Origin: Phoronis australis
Lineage: Eukaryota > Animalia > Phoronida
Assembly: GCA_002633005.1 (NCBI GenBank)
Contig: NMRA01000082.1
Coordinates: forward strand, 1 to 64,000
DNA: 64,000 nucleotides
Direction: 5' to 3'
Under the pieces are notes generated by a model. That model worked only from the letters and a program-made list of their open reading frames with translations, ran no database searches and had not been told where the DNA came from. The translations under genes and the position numbers were made by a program. Shown here one piece after another: positions 63,968 to 64,000 of the stretch; positions within the stretch are counted from its first letter, which is position 1; each line of letters starts with the position of its first letter.

Positions 63968-64000
63968 TAAACAATAAATGAAACTAATATACATAAAGGT

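Overview
AT-rich, intron-containing animal genomic DNA (spliceosomal GT-AG exons; gene and repeat content suggests a marine invertebrate, probably a lophotrochozoan - inference). Three host genes are supportable: (1) a minus-strand gene made of single-exon, phase-1/phase-1 fibronectin type III (FN3) modules (exons at 26584-26841, 17421-17672, 14419-14673, 5078-5335, the last also repeated at 4364-4621); (2) an intronless rhodopsin-class neuropeptide GPCR of the myosuppressin/DMSR/myomodulin-receptor type (44841-46031,+); (3) a spliced SdsA1/BDS1-type alkyl sulfatase (56674-60699,-). The rest is a dense, nested transposon landscape: internally deleted Kolobok elements (TTAA TSD, convergent THAP-transposase and KolX/P2X7-ballast-like starts), a full-length decayed Mag-type Gypsy, a Sola3 inserted into an AcademX remnant, a P/Galileo-like element with a 7-bp TSD inserted into a Gypsy-like remnant carrying a TatD nuclease ORF, Copia, Penelope-like and LINE fragments, SINEs, foldback MITEs and hammerhead-ribozyme-like motifs. 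Four near-identical duplications adjoin single-'n' gaps and are probably assembly artefacts. All calls are by-eye motif recognition; no searches were run.
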